From Chlamydiia bacterium (GTDB lineage: Bacteria > Chlamydiota > Chlamydiia > Chlamydiales > Parachlamydiaceae): DNA of 16,031 nt. How positions within the stretch are numbered: the first letter of the stretch is position 1; each line of letters opens with the position of its first letter. The stretch spans positions 1-16,031 of the forward strand of contig JBBSJT010000051.1 in NCBI GenBank assembly GCA_038257035.1, read 5' to 3'. This document shows, in pieces, positions 7,839 through 15,063 of the stretch. The position numbers and the translations under genes are program-made. The notes beneath the pieces are model-generated. The model was not told where the DNA came from. It made no database searches and saw only the letters and a list, made by a program, of their open reading frames with translations.

Positions 7839-8867
7839 ATGAAAGCAAATCCTGTCACGATACCCGAAAGTCAATCTTCACTGAAATTGACGAAAACAAA
7901 GAAACGGAGCGCTTGGATAACGGGGCGACTCCGAGCCATTGCGGAAGGTTCCGGATTAAAAATTATCCTTAATAAAGCTTTAGAGTGTTTTTTTGATTCT
8001 TTGAGAAATCAAACTACAAAAACAAACTACAAAAAGGCGTTTGAGGCTATGTCTTTAAATGATCTTCTTGTTGTGGAAAGCTCTCTAGATGACTTTAAAG
8101 GCAATTATCTAGCAATTATTGAGAAAATCAAAAGTTGTTCATTTAAAAAGGGGAAAAGCAGATCGATTCGTACTGCATTATCATCATTTACTTCTTATCT
8201 AAATTCGGAATTAGAAGGCGGCATCGACAGAGGAGATGATTTGATAGATAAAGACCGCAAGGAGTATGAGGAAAAACTTGTACCCTTAAGCATTGAAGAA
8301 TGGGAAAAGTTTATTGCCTCTCTTCGTCAACTCAACCAGCGCGATGCAATGATTGCAGAACTGCTCCAATTGGCCAACGGCTCTGTATTTGCTTGGCTGT
8401 CTGATGAATTTTTAGAAGAAATTAAAAGAAAAAGGCAACAAAGTTATAAGGATCTGAAGCTATCGTGCTTGAAAAAAAGGCGAAGAGATAAACCGGCAAA
8501 AGGGACACCATTAGTTTCTCTTAAAATGATTCTAGAAATGCCGATAGAATATGTTTCTTTCGATGAAAAATGGTTGAGATTTGATAGAGATTATTTAGGT
8601 GGCATTGTTGCTCAATGTTATCCGTTTCCAAGCCATATTTTTACTGAACTTGAAAAAATTATGAGACCCAACACAGAGTTTGTTTTTACAACTATTGAAG
8701 GCGCTCCTGTAGCTGAAAATCAGTTAAAGAGAAGTTGCAAAAGGGCATCAGAAAAAGCTAAATTAAGTAAGCATGTTTCACCTAAAATGATCCGAATACC
8801 TATTCCTGAACTTGTGTATTGCCCATATTGTGAAAAACCTCGATGGAATGGCGAATGTTATTGTTAA
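7839..8867 (+). CDS. Degenerate tyrosine-recombinase-fold protein resembling chlamydial plasmid pGP7/pGP8, with a C-terminal CxxC..CxC tail
   Basis: LSIEEWEKFIASLRQLNQRD..IAELL, FPSHIFTEL, FVFTT..G.PV...QL and SPKMIR match pGP8-type integrases as I recall them. The first catalytic Arg and the terminal His/Tyr are not seen. ATG at 7839 preferred over TTG at 7824. Confidence 0.7.
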   Translation: MKANPVTIPESQSSLKLTKTKKRSAWITGRLRAIAEGSGLKIILNKALECFFDSLRNQTTKTNYKKAFEAMSLNDLLVVESSLDDFKGNYLAIIEKIKSCSFKKGKSRSIRTALSSFTSYLNSELEGGIDRGDDLIDKDRKEYEEKLVPLSIEEWEKFIASLRQLNQRDAMIAELLQLANGSVFAWLSDEFLEEIKRKRQQSYKDLKLSCLKKRRRDKPAKGTPLVSLKMILEMPIEYVSFDEKWLRFDRDYLGGIVAQCYPFPSHIFTELEKIMRPNTEFVFTTIEGAPVAENQLKRSCKRASEKAKLSKHVSPKMIRIPIPELVYCPYCEKPRWNGECYC

Positions 8868-8998
8868 TGAAGTGTGTCTGTATGTGGCATGTGATGTAGT
8901 TATTATTGTGGTTTGTGGTAACTTTTTGTTTTATTGAGCATAGGCCTGTAGAAGCCTCGCCAATGATAAAATCGAAACCATAAAAAAAGGGCATCTTT

Positions 8999-9217
8999 AT
9001 GACGGCAGTTGTAAAACATGAAAATAAAATTGAAGACGAATATTTAACATTTAATCAAGCCACACATCGCTTTCCGGCATTTTCAGAAGGTTCATTGCGA
9101 TGGCATCGCTTTAATAATACCGGCGGTTTCAATCGTTGTGTCCGAAAAATCGGCAGAAAATGTGTCATTTCGCTTTCAGAATTTCTAAAATGGATAGAAG
9201 AACAAACAGATTTATAA
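8999..9217 (+). CDS. Excisionase-like winged-HTH DNA-binding protein
   Basis: YLTFNQA...FSEGSLRW...VRKIGRKCVISLSEFLKWIE is an Xis/AlpA-like pattern. Confidence 0.75.
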   Translation: MTAVVKHENKIEDEYLTFNQATHRFPAFSEGSLRWHRFNNTGGFNRCVRKIGRKCVISLSEFLKWIEEQTDL

Positions 9218-9422
9218 AATAATTGCAATAACCTAAAACAAATAACAAAAGAAGACTATAAATGACAATAAAAACAAGTTAAGGATATATCCAAGAGTCA
9301 ATTAAATATTTTGGAAAAATAAAGAATTTGATACAGTGATGATTTACATATTTTAACGAAAGTAAAACAAAAGAATAAAAGAGATCGCGTTATGCATTAA
9401 AGGTAAATATGAAAGAAGATAC

Positions 9423-9460
9423 AAAAAAAGCTATGAGAAAATCTGACCTTTCTCATAGCT
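9423..9460 (-). terminator. Intrinsic terminator, minus strand
   Basis: AGCTATGAGAAA (9429-9440) and TTTCTCATAGCT (9449-9460) form a perfect stem. The A-run at 9423-9429 gives the U-tail on the minus strand. Confidence 0.8.
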
Positions 9461-9498
9461 GAATAGCACGGTATGGAAAACACCTGTCGCTAGTTGTA
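9423..9498 (-). ncRNA. Putative ~76-nt antisense (counter-transcribed) RNA
   Basis: Has its own consensus promoter (9533-9505), a 5' stem-loop UAGC-GAC-AGGUGU-UUUCC-AUACC-GU-GCUA, then a 12-bp terminator stem and a U-tract. Confidence 0.65.
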
Positions 9499-9504
9499 TC
9501 TCTT

Positions 9505-9533
9505 AGAATAGCAAAGATTATCCTGAATTTCAA
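9505..9533 (-). promoter_or_regulatory. sigma70-type promoter, antisense to the element's genes
   Basis: TTGAAA (9533-9528), 17 bp spacer, extended -10 TGc-TATTCT (9510-9505). Confidence 0.7.
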
Positions 9534-9612
9534 TGTAAAATATTTTCTTGATAAACAGGCTTGTCTTAAAATTTTGCTTTTTTCACATAACGCCGACTCC
9601 AAAAGGGGTTAA

Positions 9613-9882
9613 ATGGCGCCTAAATTCATAAATGACTTAATTAAAGAGCTTGGCGAAAGCCAAACGGTCAAGATTGACCAACTTGTTAAAATCGGGCTTT
9701 TTGGCACTGCCCAATCTGCCCGTCAGGCAGTGCGTTCAGGCCGCCTCCCACACATAGCAATATCACCTCGACGTCGACTTATAACCCGTGAGCATGTAAT
9801 TCAATTTATTACAGAAAATTTCCGTGATAAAATAGCAAACACCGACCTCTTTTCAAAGGAAGGCGTCAGTAATGATAAATGA
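9613..9882 (+). CDS. HTH_17/AlpA-like DNA-binding protein
   Basis: QSARQAVRSGRLPHIAISPRRRLITREHVIQFI is an excisionase-type wing. AGGGG RBS upstream. Confidence 0.7.
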   Translation: MAPKFINDLIKELGESQTVKIDQLVKIGLFGTAQSARQAVRSGRLPHIAISPRRRLITREHVIQFITENFRDKIANTDLFSKEGVSNDK

Positions 9883-10036
9883 GCAATTATTTAAGCTTTT
9901 GAATCATCTTTCAGATGATTTTATTAACAATCTTGAAATGAAAATTAAAACAAAAAAGCCGCTGAGAGCTAATCAGTCGGCTTACTATGAATATAAAGTA
10001 ACATTTAACAATTGTGACATAGGGCTCGTTAATTGA
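9872..10036 (+). CDS. Small hypothetical protein (54 aa) overlapping the end of the HTH gene
   Basis: Manual translation MINEQLFKLLNHLSDDFINNLEMKIKTKKPLRANQSAYYEYKVTFNNCDIGLVN*. AAGGAAGG RBS upstream. Below the ORF-track size cutoff. Confidence 0.5.
   Translation: MINEQLFKLLNHLSDDFINNLEMKIKTKKPLRANQSAYYEYKVTFNNCDIGLVN
9952..9983 (-). terminator. Intrinsic terminator-like hairpin, minus strand
   Basis: aaaa-AAGCCG-CTGA-gagctaa-TCAG-t-CGGCTT, with the A-run giving a U-tail on the minus strand. Confidence 0.5.
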
Positions 10037-10075
10037 AACGTATACCACGAAGGAACACTTACAACGGATCTAATC

Positions 10076-12046
10076 ATGCCTGATAGCATAGCAGAAATAC
10101 AACAAGAAACGTTAGAAAACGACGTGAAACCTAAAGAACCCCTCACTACCGAATCGACGGAAGAAAATAGCGAAGAAATTCAAGACGGAGAAGAAGAAAC
10201 CACTAAGGAGAAGCCACCTGAAAAAATCTGTTATATCCTTGCAGGAGCCGGTACTAAAGACCTTAGGCTTTCACAAAAAAATGCAGGGAAAAAAGACTTA
10301 ACTTTTTTTGATAATGACTGGGGTTGGTGTTTTCAAAATGAAGAAGATGCATTAAAGATAGCTGAAAAATATACCAGAAAAGGCAAGGAAATTAAGGTTT
10401 CTCCTTGGTTTAGTGAAAGAGCCTATAGAAAATGGCACGGCACAAAATCAGAAAAAAGAGCAGTTGGAAAAGAAACTAAATATCTTATTTCATTACAGGA
10501 CGTGAATGAGAAAAAAAAACATATCGTTGATGCTTGCAACAAAGCAGGTTTTGATATCAGTTGCTTATATGAAGATAGCCCAACGGAAGACTTTAGCGAC
10601 TTAGAAAAGAAAACGTTCGAATTTTTAAAGAAGGACCGCTTTCCCGATTGGATAAAAGATAAGGAACTTTGCGAAGAGTTTAAAAAAGAATGGAAAGATG
10701 TCGAAGAGGAGATTAAAATTAATCCTTCTGGAGGTATAGAATATCAAATCGTCAAAAAACTCAATGAAACCCATGCCGTTGTTAGGCATACACAAACTTA
10801 TTTTTTGAGAGAAGAACCTCATGTTATTTTTGGCGGAATAGACTTTATCTTAGAAAGCAAACAGTCTGTAAAAGATTTTTATGAAAATAAAATTATTGAA
10901 TGTTCAGATGGAAAATTAAGGACTGAAGCTGAGATCTGGATTAAAAGTCCGCATAGAAGGGAGTATAAAGGGATCACATTTGACCCAACAGGCCATGCAG
11001 AAAAAAGAGGGCTTTATAACATATGGAAAGGATTTTCATTTACGCCTTCTAAAAATGGATCGTGCGAGTATTTTAAAGAGTTTGTCAAGAATGTTATTTG
11101 CTCTGGAAATTCAGCTTTTTTTGAGTACCTTTGGTCTTGGATGTCAATGTTAGTTCAAAAACCGCATATAATCCCAGAATCGGCTATTTTGTTAATGGGT
11201 TTACAAGGCACCGGAAAAGGCTTTTTTGCCAAGACCTTGGGCAAATTATTGGGTCAACATTTCCTTCATTTAGATAACATGGCGCGCCTGCTAGGCAACT
11301 TTAATAATCATATGAAAAACGCTGTCTTAGTTTTTGCAGATGAATCTATTTGGGAAGGCGGAAAAAAGGACATAGGAAAACTTAAAGCAATGATAACAGA
11401 AGAAACTGCTGTTATTGAGCAAAAAGGGAAAGATCTTTTTACAATAAAAAACTACAGGCACTTTATTTTTTCAAGCAATGAGGATTTGCCTGTCCATTTA
11501 GATCATGACGATAGAAGATTTTTTGTTTTAAAGGTTAGTGATAAGCATAAAGAGGACCATGATTATTTTAAGGCTATTTCCAAAGAGCTAGAAAATTGTG
11601 GGTGCGAAAGGCTTCTTTATGAGTTCCAAAAAGAAGATATATCAGATTTTAACCCTAGAAAAATCCCTTTAAATGTCGATGCTTTTGATGTGAAAATGCA
11701 AGACGCTTCATCTGCCGAAAATTATTTGTTCCATGCTTTAAGAGGGGGAAGTTTCGATATAGGAAACACATCGCCTTCATATGGTTGGAAAGATCAAATT
11801 ATGATTTCGTCAGTTTACAGTGATTACTTGGCCTGGTGCTTAAAAGAGCAGATTCTACAAAACAAAATAATTGAACGCCGGCTCTTTGGAAAACATCTCT
11901 CTAAACTCTTAAGATCAACAACAAAAACAAAACCTTCGGCACCTAAAGGAGAAACCAGACAAGAGTGTTACTGTTTTCCAGACTTACAAATCTCAAGAGC
12001 AGATTTTGAAAAGGCTTATAAAGTAGATTCTAGCATCTGGGATTAA
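10076..12046 (+). CDS. SF3/D5-like replicative helicase (DUF5906 / NrS-1-type helicase domain)
   Basis: Walker A GLQGTGKG, Walker B LVFADE, motif C FSSN, and DRRFFVL. Preceded by a FDP...YNIWKG segment typical of phage primase-helicases. The N-terminus is acidic and has no recognisable primase motif. Confidence 0.85.
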   Translation: MPDSIAEIQQETLENDVKPKEPLTTESTEENSEEIQDGEEETTKEKPPEKICYILAGAGTKDLRLSQKNAGKKDLTFFDNDWGWCFQNEEDALKIAEKYTRKGKEIKVSPWFSERAYRKWHGTKSEKRAVGKETKYLISLQDVNEKKKHIVDACNKAGFDISCLYEDSPTEDFSDLEKKTFEFLKKDRFPDWIKDKELCEEFKKEWKDVEEEIKINPSGGIEYQIVKKLNETHAVVRHTQTYFLREEPHVIFGGIDFILESKQSVKDFYENKIIECSDGKLRTEAEIWIKSPHRREYKGITFDPTGHAEKRGLYNIWKGFSFTPSKNGSCEYFKEFVKNVICSGNSAFFEYLWSWMSMLVQKPHIIPESAILLMGLQGTGKGFFAKTLGKLLGQHFLHLDNMARLLGNFNNHMKNAVLVFADESIWEGGKKDIGKLKAMITEETAVIEQKGKDLFTIKNYRHFIFSSNEDLPVHLDHDDRRFFVLKVSDKHKEDHDYFKAISKELENCGCERLLYEFQKEDISDFNPRKIPLNVDAFDVKMQDASSAENYLFHALRGGSFDIGNTSPSYGWKDQIMISSVYSDYLAWCLKEQILQNKIIERRLFGKHLSKLLRSTTKTKPSAPKGETRQECYCFPDLQISRADFEKAYKVDSSIWD

Positions 12047-12047
12047 A

Positions 12048-12361
12048 TTGGCATATTAAAAGTTAAGTTGGGCATATCTTGGGCATATTATCAAAATTTC
12101 ATAAATTGCTTATGTTTAATGCCTGGGCATATTAGGCGTATTAGACTTAAGAAAAGTAAATTACTAGAAAATCTGAAAAACGTGTTTTTTATCAATTTTT
12201 GCAAAAGCTTAGAAAAATGTAAAAAAAAGTGTTTTTTCAATCCTGGGCGATTAAATACACTGCCCAATATGTCTAATATGTCCAAGCATTAACAATTAAT
12301 GATTTAAGTGTTTTTTTAATATGCCCAAACAATATGCCCAAAGCTGTTTTGATATGCCCAA
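12048..12361. repeat. Putative replication origin: converging iterons around an AT-rich core
   Basis: TTGG(G)CATAT(T)-type copies at 12048, 12068, 12079, 12123, 12133. Inverted AATATG(C/T)C(C/T)A copies at 12266, 12275, 12318, 12331, 12351. Begins right after the helicase stop codon. Confidence 0.8.
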
Positions 12362-12746
12362 AAGGAAAAGAGTTTATGGAAGCGTAGATATTAAAATCAC
12401 GCAGTAGCGAGAAATCGTCCTTAAATGATGTAAGAAGGGACGGCCAGATAGAGGCGAAGAAAAAACTATGAAAAGCTAACATGAACAAAAGAAACAGCGT
12501 ACAGCCCGTAATTAATTCCAGAGGTTACAATGAAAGAGTATAGTGACCAGCCACAATTGAGGAAGAACTTTAAGAAGAGCGTGGCAGGCACGAAGCGAAA
12601 AGATAGGGAAAATTCAAAATCATTGAGAAAGCGGTTTAATCAGCGTACAATCGAATTTTACAATCTAACACCGAAGAGTCTAGGGTTAGTAAATTGTGAA
12701 GTGTCGCTAATTACACTAGCTTTCTGAAAGCTTTAAGCCATTCAAT

Positions 12747-12782
12747 CATTATGAAAATTACATGCATTATGAAAATTACATG
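12747..12782 (+). repeat. Perfect 18-bp tandem duplication
   Basis: CATTATGAAAATTACATG at 12747-12764 and again at 12765-12782. Confidence 0.9.
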
Positions 12783-12794
12783 GTAGGACAAAAT

Positions 12795-13175
12795 ATGACA
12801 GATAACGAAGAATTATCGGATAAGCAACGGTCAGCATTAATCCACCTTGTAAGTGGACATACTATAGAGCAAGGGTGCAAAGATGCAGGGATTAGTCGAG
12901 ATTGTTTTTATCGGTGGCTAGAGAATCCAACATTCAAAGCGGAGCTTTCAAGACTTAGGGATGCGATATTTCTTGATGCTATAGAGCAACTTAAACACTC
13001 AATGAAATTAGCTTGTCACACTTTACAGGCACTTTGTGAAGACCCAGAATGTCCCCCAGCCGTGAAGCGTGGCGCGGCTTCCGATATTATCAGCCATTTA
13101 ATGAAGTGGAGGGAGACGCAGGACCTAGAAAAAAGAATTACACAGCTAGAAGAGCATGTTAAGGGGGTAAAATGA
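12795..13175 (+). CDS. HTH protein resembling small terminase / phBC6A51-like HTH with a C-terminal coiled coil
   Basis: LSDKQRSALIHLVSGHTIEQGCKDAGISRDCFYRWL..P.F (HTH), a helical body, then DLEKRITQLEE. ATG at 12795 follows an AGGA RBS, so it is preferred to 12762. Confidence 0.6.
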   Translation: MTDNEELSDKQRSALIHLVSGHTIEQGCKDAGISRDCFYRWLENPTFKAELSRLRDAIFLDAIEQLKHSMKLACHTLQALCEDPECPPAVKRGAASDIISHLMKWRETQDLEKRITQLEEHVKGVK

Positions 13176-13471
13176 CAAAATTATCAATTCGTTTAGATCG
13201 TATTGAAGAAGGAATCAGGCCAAAAGAACGAATGGCTCTTTGTTTTGGTAGGTGGAATAAGCTTAATGAGGATTGTAAACGACAGCATGAAGAATTCAAA
13301 GCCTTACATGGTGAGCTAGGCAAGGTTACATTTTATCACATGCAAGACTATTGTGGATACAAAGGTGAAGAGGAAAGTTACGAAGATTTTATTAAACGCA
13401 AACGGAAAGGCACAGGAAAAGGGAATTGTTATTGTTGGTGGCCGGAACTCACAGAAGATGAAGAAGTTTAA
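13172..13471 (+). CDS. Hypothetical protein translationally coupled to the TerS-like gene
   Basis: ATGA start/stop overlap, AAGGGGG RBS, and an N-terminal RLDRIEE coiled-coil-like motif. Confidence 0.7.
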   Translation: MTKLSIRLDRIEEGIRPKERMALCFGRWNKLNEDCKRQHEEFKALHGELGKVTFYHMQDYCGYKGEEESYEDFIKRKRKGTGKGNCYCWWPELTEDEEV

Positions 13472-13660
13472 AAAAGGACGGCTAATTCATTCCCTATTAC
13501 GAGAGGCATGTTTTAAAATAATTAATTGCCGATTTGGCGGCTCTCAGAGTTATTTAATAAACATAAACATATGAAAATTAAATATTTAAAGTTGATTTTA
13601 AAGTAATTAAAATGTATTATTTCTTTTAGTTTAATAAATTTAAAACCATAAAAGGTATAT

Positions 13661-14454
13661 ATGTTTAATTTTTTTAAAATCGGCTTATTCGTGATTGTCG
13701 CATTTTTGTTGTGTATAGGAGGGTATTTCCTTTTAGAAAAAGAAGAATGGGAATGGCAAAAAGCTAAAAAACAAGTCAATCAATTTGCTGAATTCGCTTT
13801 CGAAGGTACATCCAATGAGAAACCAGATAAAATAGAATTCATGAACTTGCAAACAAAATTCATCGAAAATGATGTGGATGATGATTTCAAAATTGGTTTT
13901 ATATTAACTGCGTCAATAGCGGCGCAAGAAAGTAAAACAATAAAAAGGAACTTTTCTGAATTCCTTGTAAAAAGAAGGTCGCTGGATATTCAGACGATCA
14001 AATTTTAGATCAAATTTTAGATAAGTTTAATATTTTAAATGACGATATTAAAAACAAGGTTAATCTATCTAGGGCACATGGATATTCAAATGTACAAATT
14101 GTAGATTTTCTCGGCAGTACTGGACCTTTTTGTAATACTGTTAAAGAAATCATAGGATACCAAGTCGATTTAAATATTTGCTTATTAGACAAAGACGGTT
14201 TTTGTTTAAAGACATTATCTCATCAAACAGAAAAAAATGATATTTTTGATAATCTTAATAAAAATGAAGATATAATCAATATAATTGTGCCGGGAAAAGG
14301 TAAAAAAATTATTCAAAAAACCATTCCAACAACTATTCCGAAAAAATTAGCAAAAAAAGTGAAATCAGTAATTTTTTGGCCTGTTATTAGAGCAGAAACG
14401 AAATTGGTTGATTTCAGCCTAGATGGAGATGAATTAAAACGAGGAAGATCATGA
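13661..14454 (+). pseudogene. Membrane-anchored cargo protein split by a single frameshift (~264 aa if restored)
   Basis: The 115-aa ORF with an N-terminal hydrophobic helix ends at 14008. An overlapping frame is open from 13960 to TGA at 14454 (AGYSDDQILDQILDKF...RAHGYSNVQIVDFL...LLDKDGFCL...KRGRS*) and has no ATG of its own. Confidence 0.7.
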
Positions 14455-14685
14455 GGAAAAAAGCAGTATCTCTGATGAGGAATGAGGTGGGGTTAAGGTT
14501 ATCGTAACGTGCACGCATCATGTGGAGCATATGAGAAAGTTCGTACATTCACCTGACTTCGTGACTATTATTTAGAACCTAAAGACTGTAAGCGCTATCC
14601 GCCCTATAAACGAAGAAGTTGTGAGTTTCGTGAAGCATTAGAAGATTAATTTCCCTTTTTAATTTATCTCCCATTGAGGTCGTTT

Positions 14686-14868
14686 CTGGAATATTACAAG
14701 AAAGCCGATTTTTATGGATACTATGAGACGGGAGATTTTGCCAGATTACGAAGAGCTTAAATGTGTCCCCTATTACGATTATTCAGGTTATTCAGTGTCA
14801 TTTACAGAGAAAAACGTGTCGAATTTCGCCCATATTACGAAGCAGAGTTTTTGCCATATTACGAGAAG
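14686..14868 (+). repeat. Degenerate direct-repeat array, core (TTTT)GCCATATTACGA, spacing ~24-27 bp
   Basis: TATTAC-type cores at 14692, 14719, 14744, 14771, 14833 and 14857. Confidence 0.6.
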
Positions 14869-14990
14869 TTAAAATCTTTAAGGCGGTTTTCTGTTCCATT
14901 ACTCCCAAGACCCCAACCGTACGGGATGCTAATACAATAATAATAAAATATTGGTGATTTTTTTGATAAGAATGGGGGGGGGGGCTCCTC

Positions 14991-15056
14991 TTTTAGGTTT
15001 CATTGCGGCATACCCTCCAAAGCTTGGAGAGTAGCCGCGTCTTCTGGACCCTAAAA
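14991..15056. repeat. GC-rich stem-loop (REP-like or 3' hairpin of the 15064..15870 gene)
   Basis: GCGGC-a-TAC-c-CTCCAA-agc-TTGGAG-a-GTA-GCCGC (15005-15038), enclosed by TTTTAGG/CCTAAAA. Confidence 0.6.
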
Positions 15057-15063
15057 ACAACTC

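Larger units (their letters stand above)
6472..14984 (+). mobile_element. tRNA-Tyr-adjacent integrative element with phage-satellite/PICI-like organisation (right boundary uncertain)
   Basis: Integrase lies directly after the tRNA. Co-directional order: int, recombinase-like, two HTH genes, SF3 helicase, iteron origin, TerS-like HTH, cargo. No structural phage genes. attR not found. Confidence 0.75.

Noticed and set aside
7069..10822. Minus-strand ORFs 7069..7335, 8800..8994 and 10625..10822
   Set aside because: Antisense to or overlapping stronger genes, with no motifs.
12068..12488. ORFs 12068..12292, 12091..12285 and 12273..12488
   Set aside because: By-products of the iteron/inverted-repeat origin region.
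12530..12727. 65-aa basic ORF with a GAGG upstream
   Set aside because: Could be real, but it has no recognisable motif, so support is too weak to list as a feature.
13353..14192. ORFs 13353..13574, 13522..13779 and 14010..14192
   Set aside because: Overlap or oppose better-supported frames. 14010..14192 is antisense to the frameshifted cargo gene.
14827..14836. Possible attR: CCCATATT shared with the tRNA-Tyr 3' end (6468-6475)
   Set aside because: Only 8 bp, part of a local repeat family, and also present by chance at ~8822. Insufficient without an empty-site comparison.
14686..14868. CRISPR array interpretation of the repeats, and ORF 14763..14957
   Set aside because: Units are only ~25 bp in total, degenerate, with no spacer-sized unique segments and no cas genes. 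The ORF has no coding features.
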